This document shows positions 1-9,145 of a DNA stretch of 64,000 nucleotides, piece by piece. The notes beneath the pieces were generated by a model. It did no database searches. It worked only from the letters and a program-made list of their open reading frames with translations, and was not told the DNA's origin. A program made the position numbers and the translations under genes. The DNA comes from Ferruginibacter sp. Its GTDB lineage: Bacteria > Bacteroidota > Bacteroidia > Chitinophagales > Chitinophagaceae. Location: positions 6,310 through 70,309 of the forward strand of contig JAYURK010000172.1 of NCBI GenBank assembly GCA_043756235.1, written 5' to 3'. Within the stretch, counting starts at the first letter, position 1. Every line of letters begins with the position of its first letter.

Positions 1-2
1 TA

Positions 3-1265
3 AAAATTGATGATGAAATTATTAAAATTGCCCAAGGCAAAAACGAGCCGGTAGATGTTACCGGTTATGCGGTAACCGATGCTGTAAAATTAATCAGGGG
101 CGCAGATAAAGGGTCGGAGGTAAGGTTGACCATTAAAAAAGTGGACGGAACAATTAAAGTAGTGTCTTTATTAAGAGATAAAATTAAACTGGAAGATACT
201 TTTGCAAAAAGTGCCGTTATACAGGGCGAACATAAGATAGGCTACATTTATTTGCCCGAGTTTTACCAGGATTTTCAGGATCCTAACGGACCAAGGTGCA
301 GCAATGATGTAGCAAAAGAAGTACAAAAATTAAAAGCAGAAAATGTAGAAGGTATCATCATCGATTTAAGAGGTAATGGTGGCGGATCTTTATCTGAAGT
401 AGTAAAGATGGTGGGCTTATTTATTGAAGACGGCCCCATTGTGCAGGTAAAAGGCCGTGATGAAAAAGCAACAGTTTTAAGAGACAGGGATAAAAATATT
501 TTATACACCGGTCCGCTTACGGTAATGGTTGATGAGTTTAGTGCCTCAGCATCCGAAATATTTGCTGCTGCCATACAGGATTATAAACGTGGTATAATTG
601 TAGGCAGTACTTCAACTTATGGTAAAGGAACGGTACAACGCAATATCCCTTTATCGCCTGAAAGCGAAAATCCTTTGTTTGCAAATAAAAATGCAGAAGA
701 TTTAGGAGCTTTAAAGTTAACGCTGCAAAAGTTTTATCGCATTAATGGTGGCGCCACACAATTGAAAGGTGTTACCCCCGATATCGTTTTAGCCGACAGG
801 TATGAGCATTTAAAATTTCGTGAAAAAGATAACACTACAGCATTAAGCTGGGATGAAATACCGAAGGCAGAATACCAGCCGTGGACAAGTACCATAAGTA
901 ACGATGCTGTGGTTAGTACAACTTATGATAAGATTAATAAAGGATCGGTTTTTAGTAAAATAAAAAGCAATATCAATTGGCTAAGTACCTACAGCCAAAA
1001 AGAATATTCTTTAAATATTGTAAAATATAAAGAAGAACAAAAGCAGGTAAAAGCAACTTACAAGCAACTGGATACTTTGCTTAAGTTACAAAAAGAACTG
1101 GTGGTTAAAAATGTAAGCGCAGATGTGGCAACCATTAACGAAGCTAAAGACAGGGCCGACAGAAATGTACAGTGGCTTAAGCGTTTAAGTGGCGACATTT
1201 ACCTTGATGAAACTATGAAAGTGGTTAACACCATGATCCTGCAAAAAGCAACCGCAAAAAAATAA
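3..1265 (+). CDS. prc: Carboxy-terminal processing (tail-specific) protease, S41 family; 5' end lies outside the window
   Basis: Frame is open from nt 3 (KIDDEIIKIAQG...VKLIRG, PDZ tail); IIDLRGNGGG, SASASEI and TYGKGTVQ S41 motifs. Confidence 0.93.
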   Translation, partial: KIDDEIIKIAQGKNEPVDVTGYAVTDAVKLIRGADKGSEVRLTIKKVDGTIKVVSLLRDKIKLEDTFAKSAVIQGEHKIGYIYLPEFYQDFQDPNGPRCSNDVAKEVQKLKAENVEGIIIDLRGNGGGSLSEVVKMVGLFIEDGPIVQVKGRDEKATVLRDRDKNILYTGPLTVMVDEFSASASEIFAAAIQDYKRGIIVGSTSTYGKGTVQRNIPLSPESENPLFANKNAEDLGALKLTLQKFYRINGGATQLKGVTPDIVLADRYEHLKFREKDNTTALSWDEIPKAEYQPWTSTISNDAVVSTTYDKINKGSVFSKIKSNINWLSTYSQKEYSLNIVKYKEEQKQVKATYKQLDTLLKLQKELVVKNVSADVATINEAKDRADRNVQWLKRLSGDIYLDETMKVVNTMILQKATAKK

Positions 1266-1284
1266 ACAAAATATATTTCAACTC

Positions 1285-1318
1285 AAAATCCCATTGTACA
1301 TTGTATAGTGGGATTTTT
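1285..1318. terminator. Bidirectional intrinsic terminator between prc and the DinB gene
   Basis: AAAATCCCA...TGGGATTTT stem with further inner pairing, lying between convergent stop codons. Confidence 0.75.
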
Positions 1319-1829
1319 ATTGCAGGTATTTTTCTTTTAAAATATTAATGTGATGATAAACATGCCCAATGCTGGTAAAGCCCATACTCATGGCTATTAC
1401 ATTGTTGTTGTTGGCAACACCTTCATTTTGTAAAGCAGTATCAGTAAAACTTTGAAACAGCATCTCTGTTGATTTTCTTACCAATAAAAACTCTTCTACT
1501 AAATTTTTCCAGGTGCGGTTTGCTGCATTGCTGGCGGCTGCATATTCATTTTCATCAAAGCCGGGTAACGACGCTTTTTCGTTACGGGCAAAACATAAAC
1601 TGCGGTATGCAAAAATGCGTTCTGTATCTGTAATGTGTTGCATCAGTTCTTTAATTGTCCATTTACCCGGGGCGTATGTGTGGTTAGACTGGTCTTCTGT
1701 AATATCAGAAAGAAATGCGGTAATAACGGCGTATTGTTTTTGAAAGGCAGCCGTAAGATCTTCTTCAGGAACCAGATCAATATACTTTTGAAAGTAAGCC
1801 GGATGGCTGGTGGGGGTTGGTTTAGACAT
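1317..1829 (-). CDS. DinB family protein
   Basis: YAPGKWTIKE..QHITDTERIF.YR and GHVYHH metal-binding His pattern. Confidence 0.88.
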   Translation of the reverse strand: MSKPTPTSHPAYFQKYIDLVPEEDLTAAFQKQYAVITAFLSDITEDQSNHTYAPGKWTIKELMQHITDTERIFAYRSLCFARNEKASLPGFDENEYAAASNAANRTWKNLVEEFLLVRKSTEMLFQSFTDTALQNEGVANNNNVIAMSMGFTSIGHVYHHINILKEKYLQ

Positions 1830-1938
1830 TATAGTAATAATTTTAAATTTGAGAAGTAAATTTAAGAAAATTATTTATTGCAACTGCAGGTTTACTGTTG
1901 AATCAGTAATGGGGGACGGATTAAAATTCAATATTTTT

Positions 1939-2952
1939 TTAATTAACCTTTACTTTATCCAGCAACTCACTGGGCAAAAGACCAAATTCTTTTTTAAAAG
2001 CTGCGGTAAAATTTGTAATTCCGGAGTAGCCAATTATATGGGCTGTATCGCTAACGGAGTGTTTGCCGGTTTTCATAAAATCGTACGCTATAGTTAGGCG
2101 TTTCTTTTGATAATATTCAAACGAACTTACGTTATAAACTTTTTGAAAAAGATTGATAAATTTAGTACGGCACATACAGCTGATACGGCTCAGCTGCTCT
2201 ACGCCGGGAAAAGGATCCATCAGGTTGTCGTTAATAAATTTTTCTGCCTGTTGCAGCATGTGTATGTCATCGTGGCTGGCAATTAAAAAATGATTATCTG
2301 TATCTTCTTTAGTTAAAATATCTTTTAAAAAACTTTCCAGCAAACTTAAAACCCTGCCATCGTAATAGAGGTTTTCTAAAAGCGTTAAAGTAGTGCCATT
2401 AAATATTTCATTAAAAAATTTATTTTGTTCGGGGCTTAAAAATTCTTTTCTTAAGTTAGCATTTTGATTTACAAGGTAGCGTATAAATTTATCTTTACTT
2501 ACAGAATCATGCAGCACATTGTCCACCCAGTTTTCTTTCATCAAAACAAAAACTGCTTTTACTTCCAGCCCGGGCTCAATTACTACTGTTTCCTGCAGGC
2601 GGGTGCTTTTGCATTGAACAGAACCCAGGCTTTTATTATTTAAAACAATTTCATTACAGTCGTAATCATGCAGGCTGCATTTTGCAAATGTAAAATCCTG
2701 AAAGGTTATAGCTATATGATTATTTGAAGTAGGAAATCTTCTGAATGTCATTTTTTGCCTGGCAGTATAATGAATTATCTGGAAAGACATGAACTCATTA
2801 ATTTTACAAAATTTACTGTATCCTTCTGCAATTGCTTCGGGATATTTTATTTCGTTATTAATTAACGGAACGCCCAATTTTTCTGACAGTTTACCGGCAT
2901 ACTTAAAAAGGTCACTGTAATTAAAATCAAAACAAAATTCGTTCGACATCAT
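1939..2952 (-). CDS. AraC family transcriptional regulator
   Basis: C-terminal double HTH (LSRISCMCRTKF..LFQKVY; VSDTAHIIGYSGITNFTAAFKKEFG). Confidence 0.92.
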   Translation of the reverse strand: MMSNEFCFDFNYSDLFKYAGKLSEKLGVPLINNEIKYPEAIAEGYSKFCKINEFMSFQIIHYTARQKMTFRRFPTSNNHIAITFQDFTFAKCSLHDYDCNEIVLNNKSLGSVQCKSTRLQETVVIEPGLEVKAVFVLMKENWVDNVLHDSVSKDKFIRYLVNQNANLRKEFLSPEQNKFFNEIFNGTTLTLLENLYYDGRVLSLLESFLKDILTKEDTDNHFLIASHDDIHMLQQAEKFINDNLMDPFPGVEQLSRISCMCRTKFINLFQKVYNVSSFEYYQKKRLTIAYDFMKTGKHSVSDTAHIIGYSGITNFTAAFKKEFGLLPSELLDKVKVN

Positions 2953-2986
2953 ACAAAAAAAATTTATTCTTTTTTTTAAGCAGTTA

Positions 2987-5905
2987 TTACCTCATCAACA
3001 TTAATTTTCCAGTTGTTATTATTTCTCCATCACCTCTAAGCACCCGGTAAATAAATAACCCCGGCATTATACCATTGGTTTTAATTTGCCCGTTTATTCC
3101 AATGGGCTGCCTTTTTATTATGCGCCCCTGAATATCCATTATTTGAAATTGCATGTTATTATATCCTTCTTTTACCTGGTAATTTAATAACTGCGTTTGC
3201 CTTACCGGGTTGGGGTATAAAAAAATAAAATTACGGCCATTGCTGATTATCGCCACGGTTTCGGTGTACACAAAACTTCCATTATTAAAAATTATTTTTG
3301 CCCTGTAATAATTGGCGCCTTCCATTGGGGTATTATCGGCAGCCGTGTATATAAATTGTCCTGTAATTGCCGTTAGTTGTTGCAGTGTACCGCTGCCCGC
3401 AGTATTGTGCTGTAACTTTTCAAAAACAATGCTGCCAATTTTTTCAGATGTGCTTAACTGTAATGTAAGCATTACTTTACCATCATTACTTTCCACAAGA
3501 AAATTTTTATAAAAACAGTTTACGCCCTGTTTGCTTACATCCACAGCAGCACTTCTTGCAGCAGATAGGTTATTCGATAATATTGGTAGTAAAGCGTAAA
3601 CATTTGGAGTAAAATTATTTCTAATCAGTTTTACACTGGTGTCGGTGGTAGTAATTATTGTTTTAAGATAGGCACTGTCTGCAAGTGCATACAGTTTGTA
3701 GCTGCTGGCATAAATATGTTTATTCCACGATAATTGCATAGAATCTGTACACACAAAATCTACATTTATTTTTGTTACCGGGGCAATTATAAAATCAGGA
3801 GAAAAAAATGTTCCGTAGCTGCAATTCATTTTTAACTTTGCAGCAACGGCAGTATCAGGTATTGGCCATTCGTACTGCTGCTTAATTAATTTTATATCCG
3901 TACCAATTGTTTGCCAGGTTACTCCATTATTATAACTTATAAAAAAGTTGCCGGTGGTATTGGTATCTGCCGGCACTGTTTTCCATATAATTTTAAGGGT
4001 ATTATTTTCGTTCCTGTCTACGTCACCTGTACCTGCCGGATTAATAAATGTAAAATTTCCAACAGTATCCCAATTGTAAGCGATTGCAAAATTTTGTTTG
4101 CTAAATGTTTTAATTTGTTTGCCGGTAATTTTAACCTGGTAAATACCACCAGCGGGTACGGCTATACTAACTTGTTCGGCAGTATTTAAAGAATCTCTTT
4201 TTCTTTGGGGTAAATAATTTAAAGAATCTGCTGCTGCAAATGTGCTGAGGCACCACGGTAAAAAAACTTTACCTGTTGCGGCTTCCCGCACTTCAATATC
4301 AATATCGTTTACTAAAGCTTTATTATTGTTTAAACTTGCTGCAGTATCTGTATAACTCAGGTTTATTTTAAAGTTTGCCGCCTGTGCAGGAACAGCAATA
4401 TTTTTTAACCATGTTTCATTTTGGGCAACTGCACTTTCTATAAACCTGTTTTGCTGAATAGTTTTTAAAGCATTAAAAATATTTAATGCTCCAAAACCCG
4501 AACGATGATCTATTCCTTTATTACCAATATCATCGGCACTATTGTATAAAACAGCTTTTATTAATGCGGCCGTTGGTAATTCATTACTGTTACTGTCTTT
4601 ATAAACCTGTTGTAACAATGCAACGCCACCACTTATTATTGCTGCAGCGTCCGATGTGCCATTAGCCCCAAGCGCTGCTAACTGTGGCGCCATTCTTCCA
4701 TCGTACATTGGGCCTGCAGAACTAAAAGGAGTAATATTGCCGCCTGTATCAGTAGCAGCAACAGTAATTATATTTTTTGCCATTTTAAAATTGCCGGTAA
4801 TGTTTGCAAAGCCATTAAGATTGGCGTACGGACCCTGTGTGCTTGCTTCCTGCCCTTTATTACCCGAAGAAAAAATATGCACTAAACTTTTATACTGCAT
4901 GGTTTGTGCATCGTAAGCTGCAGCCTCGGCGCCGTAAAAATTTTGTATAACGGTACCGTATGAGTGATTTTGAACCGATACATTATTTTGTGCCAGCAAG
5001 TTTCCATCATCCGGAAAAAGTGCATCAAAGGAGGATGGGAAAAAAAAACATTGCCAGGCAAGGCCTTTACCGGTGTAAAAGCTGTTGCCTGCTCCGCCGG
5101 CAAGCGTGGCAATAACAGTGGCATGATTATCCGTTTGTGTATTGGCAAGCCCTGATTTTTTTACCCGCTTTAAAAGATCTATATCCAGTTCCTCCATCTT
5201 TTTTTCTTTTATACCTATAGTAATATCGTTGCCCGTGGCGCCGGGTATATTGGCATTGGTATAATTTATGGCGTTTAAGCTCCGGTTATAGCCAATTACC
5301 TGTATTTCAGTTTTCGGGGTAAAATAAATATCTGCAAACAATACATTACTGTCGGGTAATACATGCTTCAAAAAATAAGCAGGAGTGCAAATGATCACGG
5401 CAGCGTTTTGATCTTTATAAAGATGTAATAATTTCAAATTTTCGCTGGAGTAATTATTCAGCAGGGCATTAATATTTGCTGCAGTAATTGTAAAGGCTGT
5501 ATTTTTATTTTTTGATAAAGAATGTAAAAGCGGGTGTGTTAATGATGGCGATAATTTCCAGAGATCATTTGCGGGAGCAATATTTTCAGCACAATTGCTC
5601 TTGGTTTTCAAATACTGTTTTTCATCGAGTTGTACAATATTTACGGTAGCAGTAATGCGTCGAATAATTTTGTAGTTGCAATTTTGTAAATCGTTAGTCA
5701 GCTGTTGTTTCACTACATAAAAAGGCGACAATTTATTTTGATTATTTAAAACGTAGAAATTAAATATACTATCGGTGGTGCTTTTAATATTCAGCTGTGC
5801 AAATGCAGCATTTATACTTAACAATCCAAACAAAATTATTAAAAAAAATTTGGTGTAATTATGGAGAAAATAGCAGCGGTGTTTATGGTACAAATTCATA
5901 AGCAT
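2987..5905 (-). CDS. Secreted S8 (subtilisin-like) peptidase with T9SS C-terminal sorting domain
   Basis: Signal peptide; HAT, SSGN and GTS motifs; P-domain-like region (LVNDIDI); C-terminal LYPNP...GLFIYRV...GKLML. Confidence 0.85.
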   Translation of the reverse strand: MLMNLYHKHRCYFLHNYTKFFLIILFGLLSINAAFAQLNIKSTTDSIFNFYVLNNQNKLSPFYVVKQQLTNDLQNCNYKIIRRITATVNIVQLDEKQYLKTKSNCAENIAPANDLWKLSPSLTHPLLHSLSKNKNTAFTITAANINALLNNYSSENLKLLHLYKDQNAAVIICTPAYFLKHVLPDSNVLFADIYFTPKTEIQVIGYNRSLNAINYTNANIPGATGNDITIGIKEKKMEELDIDLLKRVKKSGLANTQTDNHATVIATLAGGAGNSFYTGKGLAWQCFFFPSSFDALFPDDGNLLAQNNVSVQNHSYGTVIQNFYGAEAAAYDAQTMQYKSLVHIFSSGNKGQEASTQGPYANLNGFANITGNFKMAKNIITVAATDTGGNITPFSSAGPMYDGRMAPQLAALGANGTSDAAAIISGGVALLQQVYKDSNSNELPTAALIKAVLYNSADDIGNKGIDHRSGFGALNIFNALKTIQQNRFIESAVAQNETWLKNIAVPAQAANFKINLSYTDTAASLNNNKALVNDIDIEVREAATGKVFLPWCLSTFAAADSLNYLPQRKRDSLNTAEQVSIAVPAGGIYQVKITGKQIKTFSKQNFAIAYNWDTVGNFTFINPAGTGDVDRNENNTLKIIWKTVPADTNTTGNFFISYNNGVTWQTIGTDIKLIKQQYEWPIPDTAVAAKLKMNCSYGTFFSPDFIIAPVTKINVDFVCTDSMQLSWNKHIYASSYKLYALADSAYLKTIITTTDTSVKLIRNNFTPNVYALLPILSNNLSAARSAAVDVSKQGVNCFYKNFLVESNDGKVMLTLQLSTSEKIGSIVFEKLQHNTAGSGTLQQLTAITGQFIYTAADNTPMEGANYYRAKIIFNNGSFVYTETVAIISNGRNFIFLYPNPVRQTQLLNYQVKEGYNNMQFQIMDIQGRIIKRQPIGINGQIKTNGIMPGLFIYRVLRGDGEIITTGKLMLMR

Positions 5906-6096
5906 AAGTAAATCAAGTTTAATAAATTAAGTTGAAGATGTTTTATGCAATACCATAATACCCGGTTAGCGGTAAATGTAAAATAATGGATTTTGAATAA
6001 AGCATAAAAATTATTACTAAATGTTTATGCACTGTTTTTTGATGCATTAAAAATGTACAAATGATTTGTGCATAGCATCAATAATTTTTAAACAAA

Positions 6097-6124
6097 CACC
6101 CCTTTCCGGTAAAAGAAAGGGGTG
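6097..6124 (-). terminator. Intrinsic terminator after the M57 gene
   Basis: Perfect 10-bp stem CACCCCTTTC/GAAAGGGGTG followed by TTTGTTT on the minus strand. Confidence 0.75.
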
Positions 6125-6148
6125 CTGGTTAATTATATAATTGTAATC

Positions 6149-6949
6149 TTAATATACATAATTCAATGCTGTATTATCAGCACTGGTGAAAGGACGGTTA
6201 AGCGTTGTGCTGCCACATGCCAGCATCCATGACCCTGAGCTTGGCCCGGTTGGCGTGCCCGGAATATGTATTGCACCAACACCTGCAGTGCCTTCGTTAG
6301 TTGCTGCTCCACCACAACTGTAAGAGCGGTTCATATAATCTGTATGACGGAAGCCAATGCAATGCCCCATTTCATGCGCAATGGTTGTTGCTAATGGATT
6401 TACTGCAACACCCGTTGTATACCAGTAAGTATTCATTCTTATAGTATTGTACGGATTACCACCTGATGGAAAGCCTGCACTGCCCAGGGTATTACTTACC
6501 TGGTAAAAGGTAACAATGTTGATGTTGGCACTGGTGCCGCTTACACGCTGAAACTTTAACCGTAAGGGTAAGGCATTGTACCTTCTGATGGCTTCATCGG
6601 TGGCAGCAATAAAATTAGCCTGCGAAGTGTTTAATGATACGGTGATAGTTCTTGTACCACTTACCAGGTTTGTAGTACGGTAGTGTTCAACATCAGCAAC
6701 TATCATTTCGGGGCCGTTATTGTTGCCCATATCTGCAAGTTGGGCCTGAGTTAAAAAAATGTCTCCTTCAATTAAGTAACCACCATCGGTTACCTCTATA
6801 CGATTTTCATTAAAACCTGCAGCTTTTACCATTGCAGTAATTTCCGCTGATATTGCAGGCTCAGTAATTACATTTTCTTGTTTTTTACAGGATACCATTA
6901 CTAAAGCAGCAAAAGCAATAACGCCTGAACATTTAAAAATTCTTTTCAT
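6149..6949 (-). CDS. M57 family zinc metallopeptidase lipoprotein
   Basis: Lipobox MVSC; YLIEGDI and YRTTNLV; HEMGHCIGFRHTD zinc motif; SWMLAC Met-turn. Confidence 0.9.
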   Translation of the reverse strand: MKRIFKCSGVIAFAALVMVSCKKQENVITEPAISAEITAMVKAAGFNENRIEVTDGGYLIEGDIFLTQAQLADMGNNNGPEMIVADVEHYRTTNLVSGTRTITVSLNTSQANFIAATDEAIRRYNALPLRLKFQRVSGTSANINIVTFYQVSNTLGSAGFPSGGNPYNTIRMNTYWYTTGVAVNPLATTIAHEMGHCIGFRHTDYMNRSYSCGGAATNEGTAGVGAIHIPGTPTGPSSGSWMLACGSTTLNRPFTSADNTALNYVY

Positions 6950-7168
6950 AAAATTGTTTGTTTTAGTTAAAAAAATGAATGAAGTACAAGGTAGGGGCTA
7001 ATTAACACTCAATTTTTATGCTAAGTACATATCATGATATAGTTAGTACAAATTGTAAAGGAAAAGTTAAAAAGTGAAACGTAGTTTTACTGGAGAAATA
7101 TACGTTTAACGTACCGCGATACTATTTATTAATTGCCTGCTTTAATTTATTTTATACCCTTGATAAAT

Positions 7169-8857
7169 TTATTTTTTTAAAAATAACCTGGCGTTTATTA
7201 TTTCTTGCCGCTTTGCAACACCATTACCGGCAGCCATAGTTAGCTGCCTGAAATACAATGTAGCTTTTTCAGAATCATTAATTTTTTCGGCAGCTAAACC
7301 AGCACCGTATAATGCATTAAAACGGTTAGGGTGTTTTTTTAAATCCTCTTCGTAAGCTTTTAGAGCATCCCTTGGTTTATGCATTTGTAAAAGCATATCT
7401 GCTAAAAGTTCACGGGCAGGTATCACTTCACCGGGTGTAACCGGATGCTTTTCTGTTTGATCTTCCATTGCCGCTGCAGCTTGCATAAGCTTTAGGGCTT
7501 CTTCATTATTACCTTCTTTATAGTTTATCCAGGCAGTTGCGCTGGTGATTTGTATTTGCACCTGATTTGCCTTGTAGTCATCTTTTTGTTGCTGCAGCTT
7601 TTGGTGTATGTCGTTTAATGCCTGTACTTCTGTTTTTGCCGCTTGCAAATTTGAAGTATGTACAGCGCCCAATGCACGGGTAAAGTGGATAATAGCTTTT
7701 TGCCATTGAAATTTTTCCCAGTCAATATTATCAGTGTGCACTTTTAAGGTGGCCGCTTCTTTCCACAATTTATTTTCCAAAACATATCGGGATGGAATAG
7801 CCGCAAAAGCATAAGCTACCTTAAAGTTGAAAGGTTGAACTGCGGTAATGGTTTTTAAATAATCCAATTGTTTTTTTGCAGCGTCATTATCACCCTGCTG
7901 CAGATAACCGTACACCAGATAGTCCATGCCGTGTAATTCTTCATCCCAATTACCTTTAATACCTGCAGCTTCGGCATAACATTTTGCAGCGTTTACAGAA
8001 ACAAGGTTGGCATTTATACATTCGCTCCAAAGCCCCAGCCTTGTAAAAATATGCGATGGCATATGTGTGGCATGGGCCGAGGATGGCGCTACCGCAGCAT
8101 ATTTTCTTGCAGCGGGTAAAGCCATTTCGGCAAGTTCAGGATAATCGTAAGTATGAATAATGTAGTGAATGATGCCCGGATGATTGGGTTGGCCCGGGTA
8201 CAATGCATTTAAAATAGCGCCGGCTTTTTTTTGTTTGGTAAAAATTTTATCTGTGGGGTCGGCTGCGGCTGTTAAAGACAGCGCATAAAATATAGCCGCC
8301 TCCCGGTCATCAGGATATTGCTGGTGCAATTGACTCATGGCCTGTTCAAATTTTATGCATCGGCTGTGATGATCCGTTTTATCAGCATCTTTATAAAACA
8401 CACTAATGGCATCTATATAAACAGCTTCTTTTTTTGTTTTTGTAGAAATGGCTTGTGCGATGGCTATGGCTTTGCTGCCCTTTTGTAACTCTGCCGGTAA
8501 CGGGGGTGTCCATAAGGGATGAAAATTACTCATGGCTACTCCCCAATATGCCATGGCACACAAAGGTTGTTTATCTATAATTTTTGCAAAAACCTTTTCG
8601 GCTTCATCGTATTCAAAAGAGTGTAAAAATTTAAGCGCAAGATTGAAATCTTCCTGGATATTTTTATTTGATGAAACGGTAAATTCAACAGCACCCAATT
8701 GCTGATCGGAGGGCCCGCAATTAATAACTGCCCCACGTTTAAGATTTATGGCTTCAATAGCTGCGGCCGAAGGGTTGTTAATAGCGGTATTGCATTCCCA
8801 AAACAAAACTGAACAAAAAACCAGCATTACTTCTTTTAGAAAAAATAGCTTGTTCAT
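7169..8857 (-). CDS. Exported TPR protein with His cluster, function unknown
   Basis: N-terminal signal; LHSFEY, CAMAYWG, HPGIIHYIIH and HATHMPSHIF; TPR-like helices ending in HPNRFNALYG. Confidence 0.75.
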   Translation of the reverse strand: MNKLFFLKEVMLVFCSVLFWECNTAINNPSAAAIEAINLKRGAVINCGPSDQQLGAVEFTVSSNKNIQEDFNLALKFLHSFEYDEAEKVFAKIIDKQPLCAMAYWGVAMSNFHPLWTPPLPAELQKGSKAIAIAQAISTKTKKEAVYIDAISVFYKDADKTDHHSRCIKFEQAMSQLHQQYPDDREAAIFYALSLTAAADPTDKIFTKQKKAGAILNALYPGQPNHPGIIHYIIHTYDYPELAEMALPAARKYAAVAPSSAHATHMPSHIFTRLGLWSECINANLVSVNAAKCYAEAAGIKGNWDEELHGMDYLVYGYLQQGDNDAAKKQLDYLKTITAVQPFNFKVAYAFAAIPSRYVLENKLWKEAATLKVHTDNIDWEKFQWQKAIIHFTRALGAVHTSNLQAAKTEVQALNDIHQKLQQQKDDYKANQVQIQITSATAWINYKEGNNEEALKLMQAAAAMEDQTEKHPVTPGEVIPARELLADMLLQMHKPRDALKAYEEDLKKHPNRFNALYGAGLAAEKINDSEKATLYFRQLTMAAGNGVAKRQEIINARLFLKK

Positions 8858-9095
8858 AAACAGGTTTTTAATTTTTTAATTAAGGTATTAATGATGCAAG
8901 AATTTGGGTATACATAATCTTATCTTTTTAGTTTATTGTTTCAACAATCTTCTTTAGTTTATTAACACAACTGGTGGACATTATATAATTAAACCGTCCC
9001 ATTAAATTTACAATAAATTACATACACTTACGGCCATTTTATGCAGCAAGCTTTAAAAAGCAGCAAATGGAAATTGCTGCAACTGCAATTGTAAA

Positions 9096-9128
9096 AAAAA
9101 TCCGAAACTTTAATTGTTCCGGATTTTT
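9096..9128 (-). terminator. Intrinsic terminator after the second S8 gene
   Basis: AAAAATCCG...CGGATTTTT stem with a long T tract on the minus strand. Confidence 0.7.
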
Positions 9129-9145
9129 AATATAAAATTTGATTG

